This document shows positions 9,158 through 18,037 of a stretch of DNA of 32,000 nucleotides, piece by piece. The notes beneath the pieces were generated by a model. The model was not told where the DNA came from and did not search any database. It saw only the letters and a program-made list of their open reading frames with translations. The DNA is from Vibrio tubiashii. Its GTDB lineage: Bacteria; Pseudomonadota; Gammaproteobacteria; Enterobacterales; Vibrionaceae. The position numbers and the translations under genes were made by a program. The DNA lies in contig JRWQ01000001.1 of NCBI GenBank assembly GCA_000775715.1, forward strand, positions 510,225-542,224, written 5' to 3'. Each line of letters begins with the position of its first letter. The stretch's first letter is position 1.

Positions 9158-10384
9158 TTACTCCTGTAAACTGATCTGTTCTTTGATCACTGACTCAGCA
9201 CGCTTTAACACCTTCTCTGGTGACTTGTCATTGACCCATAATGAAGTCATGGCACTTGCCATTGGTGACCACAAGTAACCCATTTCAGGAATTGACGGCA
9301 TAGCATCGGCGAAGTAACCCTGACCAATGATCGCATAAGTCGCTTCATCAGCATCGACGATTATCTCCTCCATAACAGCCTGAACTGGCGGAATCGATTT
9401 CGTCATCTCGTAGCGTTTTTTAAGCATCTTGTCGCTACTTAGGTAGCTGGCAAACAGTTGAGCGGCTTTAGGGTAGTTGGTGAAAGAAGAAACGACCGCC
9501 AGACGAACTGTTGAGAAAGTTCGCGGTTGCTTGCCATCCAGAGTGGGAATTGGAATGACGCCATAGTTCACTCCAGAAGCCTCGTAGCCCTGAATTGCCC
9601 ACGGGCCATCGATGATTGCTGCAACCTTACCTTCACTGAACAAACCTCGTCTTACCTGAGGGTTACGCATATCCATTGGGTTAGCACTGTTTGCAGCCTG
9701 TAGCTTTTTCATCGCTTGTAAGCCTTGCTGTGCTTGCTCCGAGGCGATGCCGATATCTTGGGCATTGGTGCCGTTATCGCCAAATTCGTAAGCTCCATAT
9801 AGGGTCAGGAACATGCGTGATTCATAGTAATTCTGCACGTCCCAAAGCAGAGCATATTTGTGTTCTTTGTTGTCATTAAATGACTTAGAGAACTCAATGA
9901 TCTGTTCAAAAGACTCGGGAGCCTGTGGAAGAAGATCCTTGTTGTAGAACAGAGCGGTTGTGGCAAAACTTACCGGGAAGCCGTAGCTTTTCCCCTCAGA
10001 ATTTGCTGCGTTGACAGCACTTTGTAAGAAGTGAGCGTTGATGTGATCAGCAGAGACCAGATTTTCCATCGCACCACCAGCTACGACTAAGCGACCAAGC
10101 AGGTCATGCTCAATTTCAGCCACATCAGCGACTCGAGCTGAGCCTCCATCCTGGATTAATCGTGAAGCGGCATCAATCGGTGCCAGTCCACGGAAAGTGA
10201 ACGCCACCTCATAACCCGAATCCTGATTGAACTGGTTGGCGGCGTACTTCATATAATCGACGGTTGTGTGATCGGTCCAGACTAACAGATTTGCACCTGG
10301 TTCCGGTTCAATCGGCTGTGCCATGGCAGTGGCGCTAACAAGAGTGGTGAGCAGTATTTGACTGGTCAATAACTTGGTTTTCAT
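9158..10384 (-). CDS. Maltodextrin/cyclodextrin periplasmic binding protein (MalE-like)
   Basis: Signal peptide MKTKLLTSQILLTTLVSATAMAQP, binding-protein sequence ANLLVWTDHTT...EGKVAAIIDGPWAIQGY. Start M5 of track ORF (10384) more plausible than 10396. Confidence 0.88.
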   Translation of the reverse strand: MKTKLLTSQILLTTLVSATAMAQPIEPEPGANLLVWTDHTTVDYMKYAANQFNQDSGYEVAFTFRGLAPIDAASRLIQDGGSARVADVAEIEHDLLGRLVVAGGAMENLVSADHINAHFLQSAVNAANSEGKSYGFPVSFATTALFYNKDLLPQAPESFEQIIEFSKSFNDNKEHKYALLWDVQNYYESRMFLTLYGAYEFGDNGTNAQDIGIASEQAQQGLQAMKKLQAANSANPMDMRNPQVRRGLFSEGKVAAIIDGPWAIQGYEASGVNYGVIPIPTLDGKQPRTFSTVRLAVVSSFTNYPKAAQLFASYLSSDKMLKKRYEMTKSIPPVQAVMEEIIVDADEATYAIIGQGYFADAMPSIPEMGYLWSPMASAMTSLWVNDKSPEKVLKRAESVIKEQISLQE

Positions 10385-10393
10385 TGCTGCATC

Positions 10394-10426
10394 CAATTTA
10401 GTAGTTCACGATATACTACTAAATTG
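10394..10426. promoter_or_regulatory. Perfect 11-bp inverted repeat, candidate operator or 5'UTR hairpin
   Basis: CAATTTAGTAG (10394-10404) - ttcacgatata - CTACTAAATTG (10416-10426). Confidence 0.6.
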
Positions 10427-10474
10427 AGGCGAATGGAGATTTTAGTCAATTGAAAACTGCTTAAAATAGCGTCT

Positions 10475-10496
10475 AAATGTGATCTAAATCGACTAA
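10475..10496. promoter_or_regulatory. Candidate CRP site in the divergent sugar promoter region
   Basis: AAATGTGATCTAAATCGACTAA compared with CRP consensus AAATGTGATCTAGATCACATTT: left half perfect, right half weak. Confidence 0.5.
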
Positions 10497-10774
10497 ATTG
10501 CTTATCTCACAACGAATTAAAGCCGGTTTCGGCTTGCTTACATTCTTATTGTTAGTTTTATTTTTAATGGCTATTAACTCGAATCAATCGCTGTTTTTAG
10601 TGACGCTCTTCAAATTATCACCCGAATTCGAGTGACCAAGATCTCATTTAAATCCCATTCAGCGAGCAAATAATATTCAGATACAGAACAATGACTAGGC
10701 GTTCAGGCTGAACTACTACTTTTAAATCCGATTAATATCAATAGAATCCACCTCTATGAGGTTAAGGAAACACT

Positions 10775-11812
10775 GTGAACAGGACTGTACTCTCGCTCAG
10801 TATTGCTTGCGCTCTGAGCTCTGCACCTGCTGCTTTTGCTGCGGAAAAAGGACCGGCTCCCCAACAAATGGGCGGTAATATTCTGACTCAAGCCTTAGAT
10901 TTTGGCGGCCACGTTGGAACGTCGATTGAAATTGAAGACAAAGATATTACCAACTACAAAACCTGGGGTGGGCAAACAGAAAATGAACGCACTACCACCC
11001 ATGAAGTGATTGGACTGTTTTATAAAAACGCCCACTGGAACTTCTCGTCTTTGTACGCTTTTAAGTTGACTGACCGTGTTAAACGCAGTCAGGATCGCTC
11101 GTACACGGAAACGGAAGATGGCTATAAGCACCTGATTTCAATTGATAAAAAGTTCTCATTACCGAACGGTTTTGAAACTGGCGTTATCTATGACCTTGAA
11201 TACTCACTAGGTACTATTGCTACCACTGCTGGCGTGAGCAACCTGCGTACTACCAATGCAGAACACAGCATTCGCCCTTATCTCAACTTTTACAGCAATG
11301 AGTACGATGCAGGCTTCCAATCCAACCTTGAATACCTCTACAACGACGAAGATAAATCGGCGTGGGGCACTCGAGTTGAAGAAGGTTACTCGGTGTTAGT
11401 TAAGCCCTATAAACGTTTTGGTAACTGGGAGCTGGGTGTAGAGTTCTACTACCAGATTAAAGACAACAAAGCGCATAACAGTGATGGCTCAATTAACGAA
11501 ATTAGTGACTTTACTGAAAAGTATGTTGAGCCAATCGTACAGTACAGCTTTGAAGATGCTGGTACCTTATACGTTCGTGCCCGTTACGGTGAAAACGAAA
11601 CCAAACATACACAAGGTTGGGCTGCAGGAGAGCAGTACTTCAAAGATATTCGTAAAGCCACTATGGGTTACGAACAGTCTGTCGGTGATAACTGGTTGCT
11701 GAAAGGTGAGTACGAGTGGGCCAAAGATACTGAAACCTTCACTCAGCTTGCTGGAGAGGAGAAGGTCGTTGAGCAGAACACCTTCTTGCTCCAGGCTATT
11801 TACCGTCTGTAA
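10775..11812 (+). CDS. OmpG/CymA-like monomeric outer-membrane porin
   Basis: GTG start with AAGGA RBS; signal peptide MNRTVLSLSIACALSSAPAAFA; alternating amphipathic strands, terminal NTFLLQAIYRL. Confidence 0.8.
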   Translation: MNRTVLSLSIACALSSAPAAFAAEKGPAPQQMGGNILTQALDFGGHVGTSIEIEDKDITNYKTWGGQTENERTTTHEVIGLFYKNAHWNFSSLYAFKLTDRVKRSQDRSYTETEDGYKHLISIDKKFSLPNGFETGVIYDLEYSLGTIATTAGVSNLRTTNAEHSIRPYLNFYSNEYDAGFQSNLEYLYNDEDKSAWGTRVEEGYSVLVKPYKRFGNWELGVEFYYQIKDNKAHNSDGSINEISDFTEKYVEPIVQYSFEDAGTLYVRARYGENETKHTQGWAAGEQYFKDIRKATMGYEQSVGDNWLLKGEYEWAKDTETFTQLAGEEKVVEQNTFLLQAIYRL

Positions 11813-11840
11813 AAATCGTTTATTTGCTTAAGGAAATCCT

Positions 11841-12866
11841 ATGATCACAGTTTCAGAAATTGCCCAGTTAGTTGGCGGCCAGATAGATGGTGACCCGAGT
11901 TTAACTGTGGATACGATTGTGCCGCTGTATAGCCCTGATGAAGGGGGATTAGCTATCGTATTTTCTAAATCTGATCTCAAAATGATCGAAAGTTCAAAAG
12001 CGGATGTGATCATAGGACCTGATAGCATTTTAACCAGCAACGCCAGATGTAAGATAGTGATTGAGTCGCTTAAAGCGCAAACACTGAATGCCCTACTACG
12101 TTATTACAAAGTACATAAGTATCAACTGTTTGAGCAGGGTAATACCTCAGACAATCCCGATGTCTATATCGGCAAGCACTGCACTATTGGCAACAACTGC
12201 CACTTTATGCCTGGCGTAAAAATCATGAATGGTGTGACCATTGGCGACAATGTTGCAATTCATGCCAATACGGTGATTAAAGAGGGCACGGTGATTGGCA
12301 ATAACGTTACTATCGACTCCAACAACGCCATCGGTAATTTCAGCTTCGAATATATGAATGGCCAACATGGCGAGTTCGAACGAGTGGAAAGTGTCGGACG
12401 AGTTATCATCGAGGACGATGTTGAGATCGGCTGTAACAACACTATAGACCGTGGCACTCTGGGAAATACCGTGATTGGCAAAGGGACTAAGATAGATAAC
12501 CTAGTCCAGATTGGTCATGACTGTAAAGTGGGCCAACATTGTCTGCTGGTTTCTCAGGTAGGCTTAGCCGGACACACCGTTCTTGGCCAACATGTCATTG
12601 TTCACGGACAGGCTGGCACCGCTGGCCATATCACTATCGGTGACCACTCAGTCATCAAAGCTAAATCAGGCGTCAGCCAGTCATTTCCTGCTCATAGCGA
12701 CCTATTTGGTTACCCAGCCAAAGATGCTCGTGCTTATTACAAAAACCTGGCGGTGCTTAACAAGCTTACCCGCCAGTTTGATAGCAAAAAACACTCTAAA
12801 ACTACGCAAAAATCTGACCAGCCTAGCCACTGGCTTAAACGCTTATTCACTGGCTGTAAGGCCTAA
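11841..12866 (+). CDS. LpxD-like UDP-3-O-acyl-glucosamine N-acyltransferase paralogue (left-handed beta-helix)
   Basis: LpxD-like N-terminal domain; hexapeptide repeats; [31 protein letters not shown] matches the LpxD core; C-terminal helices with [15 protein letters not shown]. Confidence 0.85.
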   Translation: MITVSEIAQLVGGQIDGDPSLTVDTIVPLYSPDEGGLAIVFSKSDLKMIESSKADVIIGPDSILTSNARCKIVIESLKAQTLNALLRYYKVHKYQLFEQGNTSDNPDVYIGKHCTIGNNCHFMPGVKIMNGVTIGDNVAIHANTVIKEGTVIGNNVTIDSNNAIGNFSFEYMNGQHGEFERVESVGRVIIEDDVEIGCNNTIDRGTLGNTVIGKGTKIDNLVQIGHDCKVGQHCLLVSQVGLAGHTVLGQHVIVHGQAGTAGHITIGDHSVIKAKSGVSQSFPAHSDLFGYPAKDARAYYKNLAVLNKLTRQFDSKKHSKTTQKSDQPSHWLKRLFTGCKA

Positions 12867-12884
12867 TTCAATCGTTAAGGATTT

Positions 12885-13370
12885 ATGATGAAAAAAGTCA
12901 TTCTACCTCTATTACTCAGTGCTCTTGCTGCTGGCTGTTCCAGCACCAGTGAAAATACCAACCAAGTTATCCCGACCAATGCGGATAGTCTGCTGGCGAA
13001 ATGTGATTTGCCAACGGTTGAGGATCGCGGTCCGATTCGTCCGTCACTGTTTGTCGTCGGAACCTTTGATGAAGGTCAGTGGATTCACCTGGAAGACCGC
13101 GAAATGAGCCATAAGGGCGATGGCATCTATCAGGTTGTTCATCAAGAGAAAGCCGGTGTGGTTAATGTCCAGTTTGCAACTATGAACTGGAACCCGCAAT
13201 TCACAGTGTCGGGACGCAAAATGGGCGTCAATCAGGAAATCGCTCTGAAGCGCGGTGGTTTTGCTAAAAACACCCGAGTCGAAATCCCTGCTGATGGCGA
13301 GTATGTCTGGTCAATTCAGATTGGCGAAGATAAAAAGCCAATTCGCGCCATGATTGCCACTTGTCAGTAA
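12885..13370 (+). CDS. Small lipoprotein, possible glucan-binding beta-sandwich
   Basis: Lipobox LSALAAGC; SLFVVGTFDEGQWIHLEDREMSHKGDGIYQVVHQEKAG...VNVQFATMNWNPQFT resembles modules of starch enzymes. Track ORF 12885 start MMKKVIL or next Met. Confidence 0.7.
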   Translation: MMKKVILPLLLSALAAGCSSTSENTNQVIPTNADSLLAKCDLPTVEDRGPIRPSLFVVGTFDEGQWIHLEDREMSHKGDGIYQVVHQEKAGVVNVQFATMNWNPQFTVSGRKMGVNQEIALKRGGFAKNTRVEIPADGEYVWSIQIGEDKKPIRAMIATCQ

Positions 13371-13376
13371 TACCGT

Positions 13377-13399
13377 GCCGCCAGAGTTATTCTGGCGGC
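13377..13399 (+). repeat. Intercistronic hairpin between lipoprotein and malK-like gene
   Basis: GCCGCCAGA-gttat-TCTGGCGGC, 9-bp perfect stem, no T-run. Confidence 0.6.
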
Positions 13400-13472
13400 G
13401 TTAAGTTCATAGCTTAATGCACAAAGGTTGTGTCGTAAGTTATGAGTTTATAAAGCTTTATTTGGAGTACCC

Positions 13473-14612
13473 ATGGCAACAGTTAGCCTAAAACAAGTAG
13501 AAAAACAGTATGACAACGGCTTCAAGGCGGTACAAGGGATTGATCTCGAGATTAATGAAGGCGAATTCATGGTGTTTGTCGGCCCATCAGGCTGCGCTAA
13601 ATCGACCACACTAAGAATGATTGCTGGTCTTGAATCGATTTCATCTGGTGATGTTCATATTGGTGATCGCAGAGTCAACGATTTACCACCGAAAGATCGC
13701 GGAATCGCGATGGTGTTTCAAAACTACGCTCTTTACCCGCACAAGACAGTTTTCGACAACATGGCTTTCGGTCTAAAGATGGCGAAGAAACCCAAAGATG
13801 AAATTAAGAGAAGGGTTGAAGAAGCGGCAGAGAAATTAGAAATCACTGATCTCCTCTACCGTAAACCAAAAGAGATGTCTGGTGGTCAGCGTCAGCGTGT
13901 GGCGGTTGGTCGCGCTATTGTTCGTAAACCGGATGTATTTCTGTTCGATGAGCCACTATCGAATCTGGATGCCAAGCTGCGTGTCTCTATGCGGGTGAAA
14001 ATCGCCCAACTTCATCAGTCTCTTAAGGATGAAGGCAATCCGGCAACCATGATTTATGTTACCCACGATCAGACTGAAGCTTTGACGCTCGGTGACCGTA
14101 TCTGTGTTCTGAATCAGGGCAAGATCATGCAAGTTGATACGCCAGCGAACCTTTACAACTACCCAGCTAATCGTTTCGTTGCTAGCTTTATCGGCTCTCC
14201 GGCAATGAACCTAGTCGATACAGCGCTGCGTCGTGATGGTGAGAATCTTATCGTCGAAATTGCTCCGTCTGCCCGCATTCTGATCCCGAAAGCAATGCAA
14301 GCGGAGCTTGAGCAGTACGTCGACAACCCAGTCTGCTTTGGTATCCGTCCGGAGCATATCTCACTGGCACAAGAGGGTGAAACATTGAATACCTTCGAAG
14401 GCAAGCTGTCAGTCGTTGAAAATCTGGGGAACGAAAAATACCTCTATTTCACTGTTGGTGGCAAAGAGCTGATTGCCCGAGTGCAAGATCAGTCGATCAC
14501 GACAGCAGATATTGGTCGAACTTTCCGTTTCAACCTCAATACTGAATTCTGCCATATCTTCGATTTTTACAATGAAAACAACCTAATTCACAGTCGACCC
14601 TACTCGGCTTAG
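13473..14612 (+). CDS. malK: MalK/UgpC-type ABC transporter ATPase
   Basis: GPSGCAKSTTLRMIAG Walker [37 protein letters not shown], MalK-type C-terminal regulatory domain. Confidence 0.93.
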   Translation: MATVSLKQVEKQYDNGFKAVQGIDLEINEGEFMVFVGPSGCAKSTTLRMIAGLESISSGDVHIGDRRVNDLPPKDRGIAMVFQNYALYPHKTVFDNMAFGLKMAKKPKDEIKRRVEEAAEKLEITDLLYRKPKEMSGGQRQRVAVGRAIVRKPDVFLFDEPLSNLDAKLRVSMRVKIAQLHQSLKDEGNPATMIYVTHDQTEALTLGDRICVLNQGKIMQVDTPANLYNYPANRFVASFIGSPAMNLVDTALRRDGENLIVEIAPSARILIPKAMQAELEQYVDNPVCFGIRPEHISLAQEGETLNTFEGKLSVVENLGNEKYLYFTVGGKELIARVQDQSITTADIGRTFRFNLNTEFCHIFDFYNENNLIHSRPYSA

Positions 14613-14638
14613 TTAATGACAATAACGGGGAACCTCTA

Positions 14639-16603
14639 ATGATAAAACGGACACTGATTTGCAGCGCTCTGCTTGCGACAATGGCCATCGGAGGCGGATT
14701 TTCTGCACCAGCAATAAGTGCAGAAACCGCGGCTGACAGTAGCTACGATTTCAGGCAGGAGACTATCTATTTCGTCTTCTTAGATCGATTTAGTGATGGC
14801 GATGCGACAAACAACAGTGGCAATAACCCGTTGACGTACGACCCTAACAACCTCAAAAAGTATGTGGGTGGTGACATTAGAGGTTTGATCAACAAGCTGC
14901 CGTATCTCAAATCTCTCGGTATCACGGCGATATGGATTACTCCGCCGGTAGATAATGCCGACAACCTTGATGTTAATGGTGGGGCTGGTTACCACGGCTA
15001 CTGGGGTAAAGACTTCTTCCGCGTTGATGAGCACTTAGGCACCATGGACGACTTTAAAGAGTTGAGCCAGTTGATGCACAGCCCTGAATACAACATGAAG
15101 CTAGTACTGGATTATGCGCCAAACCACTCGAATGGTAACGATGAAAATGAGTACGGCGCCCTGTACCGTGACGGCCAGTACATTACTGATTACACCACTG
15201 ACGTTGCTGCTGGCACCAACTGGTATCACCACAATGGCGGTGTAACCGACTGGAATAACTGGTATCAGGTTCGTAACCACAATCTATTTAACCTTTCTGA
15301 CTTCAACCAGTCTAATGCTCAGGTTTACAACTACCTGTTGGATGGCGCTAAATTCTGGATTGATGCAGGTGTTGATGCCATTCGTATTGATGCGATTAAG
15401 CACATGGATAAAGCGTTTATCCAGCAATGGACAGGTGACATCTACAACTACGCATCGACTATTGGCCGCGATGGGTTTTACTTCTTCGGCGAGTGGTTTG
15501 GTGCCAGCGCAACGACAACCATAGGTATTGATGGTTATGCGATCGATTATGCCAATACTTCAGGTTCGGCACTGCTCGATTTTGGCTTCCGTGACACCTT
15601 AGAACGTGTGCTAGTTGGTCGCAGAGGCAACACCATGCAGACGTTAAACAGCTATCTGGAAACTCGCAGCAATGTGTTCACCAGCGATGACTGGCAGGTG
15701 GTATTTATGGACAACCATGATATGGCTCGTATCTCGACCGCGCTGCGTTCGACAGCCAGCACGTTCGGCCCAGGTAACAATGAAGAAGGGGGCGGCCTGT
15801 CAGAAGCGTTTGCCAAAAAACGCGTCGACCTGGGCTTGGTTGCGACTATGACGGTGCGTGGTATACCAGCCATCTACTACGGCACGGAACATTACAGCGC
15901 AAACTTCTCGACCAATGCGTTTGGTCAGGTTGGTAGCGATCCATACAACCGCGAAGTCATGCCAAGCTTCGCTCAGGACAGTGAAGCATTTAAGATCATT
16001 CAAGCTTTGACTGAGTTGAGAAAAACCAGTCCTGCGATTCAGCAAGGTAGCTACAGTCAGAAGTGGCTCAACGACGACATTCTGGTTTACGAACGTAAGT
16101 TTGAAGATGACGTTGTGCTAGTGGCTCTAAACCGAGGTGCTGCAACCTCAATTAATGTCTCTGCATTGTCTCTGGCGGACAACTACTACACCAGCCTGGT
16201 TGGTAGCGATGGTGTGACGGTATCTCAGTCTTCTGCGACGCTGAACCTTGACCAGAATGAAGCGATTGTCCTGCATGGCAAGACAACCAGTGGTGGCGGT
16301 AACACAGATCTTATCGACGTGACTTTCACTTGCAGTAACGGTTACACCCAGTGGGGACAAAACGTTTATGCAGTTGGCAGTGCTAGCCAGTTGGGTAGTT
16401 GGGCGCCAGCGCAAGCAGTGAAACTGGATCCAGCCGTTTACCCAACATGGCAAGCAACCATTCAGGTTCCAAGTGGCGAGTCCTTAGAATGGAAATGTCT
16501 GAAGCGTTCAGAAAGTGATAGCAGTGCGCTGATTGAGTGGCAATCGGGTGGCAACAATACGGTGAATACCAGCACACAAACTCAAACCAGCGGCGCATTT
16601 TAA
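14639..16603 (+). CDS. Secreted GH13 cyclodextrin glucanotransferase-like enzyme with C-terminal CBM20
   Basis: Signal peptide; GYHGYWGKDFFRVDEHLGTMDDF, DAGVDAIRIDAIKHM, FFGEWFG, VFMDNHDMARI; C-terminus DVTFTCSNGYTQWGQNVYAVGSASQLGSW...LEWKCLKR (CBM20). Confidence 0.88.
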   Translation: MIKRTLICSALLATMAIGGGFSAPAISAETAADSSYDFRQETIYFVFLDRFSDGDATNNSGNNPLTYDPNNLKKYVGGDIRGLINKLPYLKSLGITAIWITPPVDNADNLDVNGGAGYHGYWGKDFFRVDEHLGTMDDFKELSQLMHSPEYNMKLVLDYAPNHSNGNDENEYGALYRDGQYITDYTTDVAAGTNWYHHNGGVTDWNNWYQVRNHNLFNLSDFNQSNAQVYNYLLDGAKFWIDAGVDAIRIDAIKHMDKAFIQQWTGDIYNYASTIGRDGFYFFGEWFGASATTTIGIDGYAIDYANTSGSALLDFGFRDTLERVLVGRRGNTMQTLNSYLETRSNVFTSDDWQVVFMDNHDMARISTALRSTASTFGPGNNEEGGGLSEAFAKKRVDLGLVATMTVRGIPAIYYGTEHYSANFSTNAFGQVGSDPYNREVMPSFAQDSEAFKIIQALTELRKTSPAIQQGSYSQKWLNDDILVYERKFEDDVVLVALNRGAATSINVSALSLADNYYTSLVGSDGVTVSQSSATLNLDQNEAIVLHGKTTSGGGNTDLIDVTFTCSNGYTQWGQNVYAVGSASQLGSWAPAQAVKLDPAVYPTWQATIQVPSGESLEWKCLKRSESDSSALIEWQSGGNNTVNTSTQTQTSGAF

Positions 16604-16681
16604 TTCATTGTTAACCAGTCTCGCTTCTAGGGACTCTATACCCAGCTAGGGGTATTTCAGGTAGCGACACGCTGCCACTTT

Positions 16682-16713
16682 AAGGCCTTAGGTAACTATC
16701 TAAGGCCTTTTTT
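16682..16713 (+). terminator. Rho-independent terminator of the porin-lpxD-like-malK-CGTase operon
   Basis: AAGGCCTTAG-gtaactat-CTAAGGCCTT followed by TTTT. Confidence 0.9.
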
Positions 16714-16747
16714 ATGAAGGCAGGAATGTTGCTCCTCCAATTCAAAG

Positions 16748-17830
16748 TTAAGCAACACAAATTCCGTACTTCGGCAGCACATCTCTGATAATCGTTAGCC
16801 TATAAGTTTTCAGTGCATCATGGAAAAGCTTCCAATCTGAATTTAAGAACGACTCTTTATATTTATACGTAACCAAATCCGCTGACTGAGGCGATGCCAT
16901 AGCTTTGCCTCTGGCTATTTCTTTCCAGCTATTTTTTCCGCTCACCTCAAAAGTCAGTTCTACAGCAGGAAAACCAAACTCGCCACGAGAAATGCGTTTC
17001 AGCCATTCCTTATGACGATCTTCACCATCTTCATGTTTAATATCTTGAAATGCTGCCTTCAAAATGAGCTGCTTGTCATTGGGTAAATCCGCTTGAGCGT
17101 CAATATCCATGTTTTGATCTTCCTTGATAAAGCACTTAATTGCCTTGTACATTTGATTCGCCGCACTCAAGAAATCCTCAGTATTGTTTCTTGTAACCTT
17201 ATCACCCCTCCCGTTAACATAACTCCACTCGGCATAAGGACGGTCAGGAAAAGAGAGTGCGGGACCATGACCCAGAGGAGAAATTGTAGAGATACTCCAG
17301 TTAACAATATTGTCTCTTACTCTAGCCAATAAGCTACTATCTGAATTTGATTCGATTTGTTCTACCTGGTTAATCTCATGACTTACGCCAGCAAACCCCT
17401 GATGAGCAAAGGTATCGGCGTAGACGTGCATTGCAATACCCATCATGTGCAGCCCAAAAGAAGAATTCCTATACGCTGCCACTGCTTTTAGCATATCTCG
17501 AGCTACTGGGCTGTCAGGTGTACAGACCAAACGCTGAATAAAACCACCCTCAGGAATAGTGTCAGAGGGTTTACCTTGATTACCTGGGAGGAAGTGAAAA
17601 GGAATCCATGCTAGGTGATTAGCAAGCTCATTGCCATTTCGATAATCGAGCATTTTATGAGCGGAAGAGATACGATTAAACATCGCCCCGTTATCAAACC
17701 GCACTGGATCTGAATTGGTTGCTTCGTCAACGTATTGAGCACAGTAAGCTAACTTTTCTGCATCGCTATGTGTCATTCCAGCGTATCTAGCAACAACATA
17801 AGTGAGTGAATGGTGTCCATCTATTTGCAT
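16748..17830 (-). CDS. DUF6765-like protein of unknown function, metal-rich helical fold likely
   Basis: MQIDGHHSLTYVVARYAGMTHSDAEKLAYCAQYVDEAT..., FGLHMMGIAMHVYADTFAHQGFAGVSHE (many conserved-looking His/Asp). ATG 17830 has GGGAG RBS; track ORF begins at 17863. Confidence 0.65.
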   Translation of the reverse strand: MQIDGHHSLTYVVARYAGMTHSDAEKLAYCAQYVDEATNSDPVRFDNGAMFNRISSAHKMLDYRNGNELANHLAWIPFHFLPGNQGKPSDTIPEGGFIQRLVCTPDSPVARDMLKAVAAYRNSSFGLHMMGIAMHVYADTFAHQGFAGVSHEINQVEQIESNSDSSLLARVRDNIVNWSISTISPLGHGPALSFPDRPYAEWSYVNGRGDKVTRNNTEDFLSAANQMYKAIKCFIKEDQNMDIDAQADLPNDKQLILKAAFQDIKHEDGEDRHKEWLKRISRGEFGFPAVELTFEVSGKNSWKEIARGKAMASPQSADLVTYKYKESFLNSDWKLFHDALKTYRLTIIRDVLPKYGICVA

Positions 17831-17866
17831 TTTAGCGTCTCCCATTGAGCAATATTTGTTCAATAT

Positions 17867-17901
17867 AACCTTTTATAAAATGGCGTTATTTTATATAGGT
17901 T
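17867..17901. promoter_or_regulatory. Inverted repeat in divergent intergenic region
   Basis: AACC-tttt-ATAAAAT-ggcgtt-ATTTTAT-ata-GGTT. Confidence 0.4.
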
Positions 17902-18037
17902 GGAGTTTGGTAAATTTAGTTATGACGCTCAGCGTTAAACCCTAATTAAGTGATTCCAATCAATACACCATGCGAATGTTGAGTGCACAATATGTTCACA
18001 CCAAGAATTTCTAATAAAACGAACGACAGGCCTGTTT

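Noticed and set aside
16638-16655. ATACCC-N6-GGGTAT after the CGTase as a terminator
   Set aside because: Only a 6-bp stem with no U-tract; the hairpin at 16682-16713 is the credible terminator.
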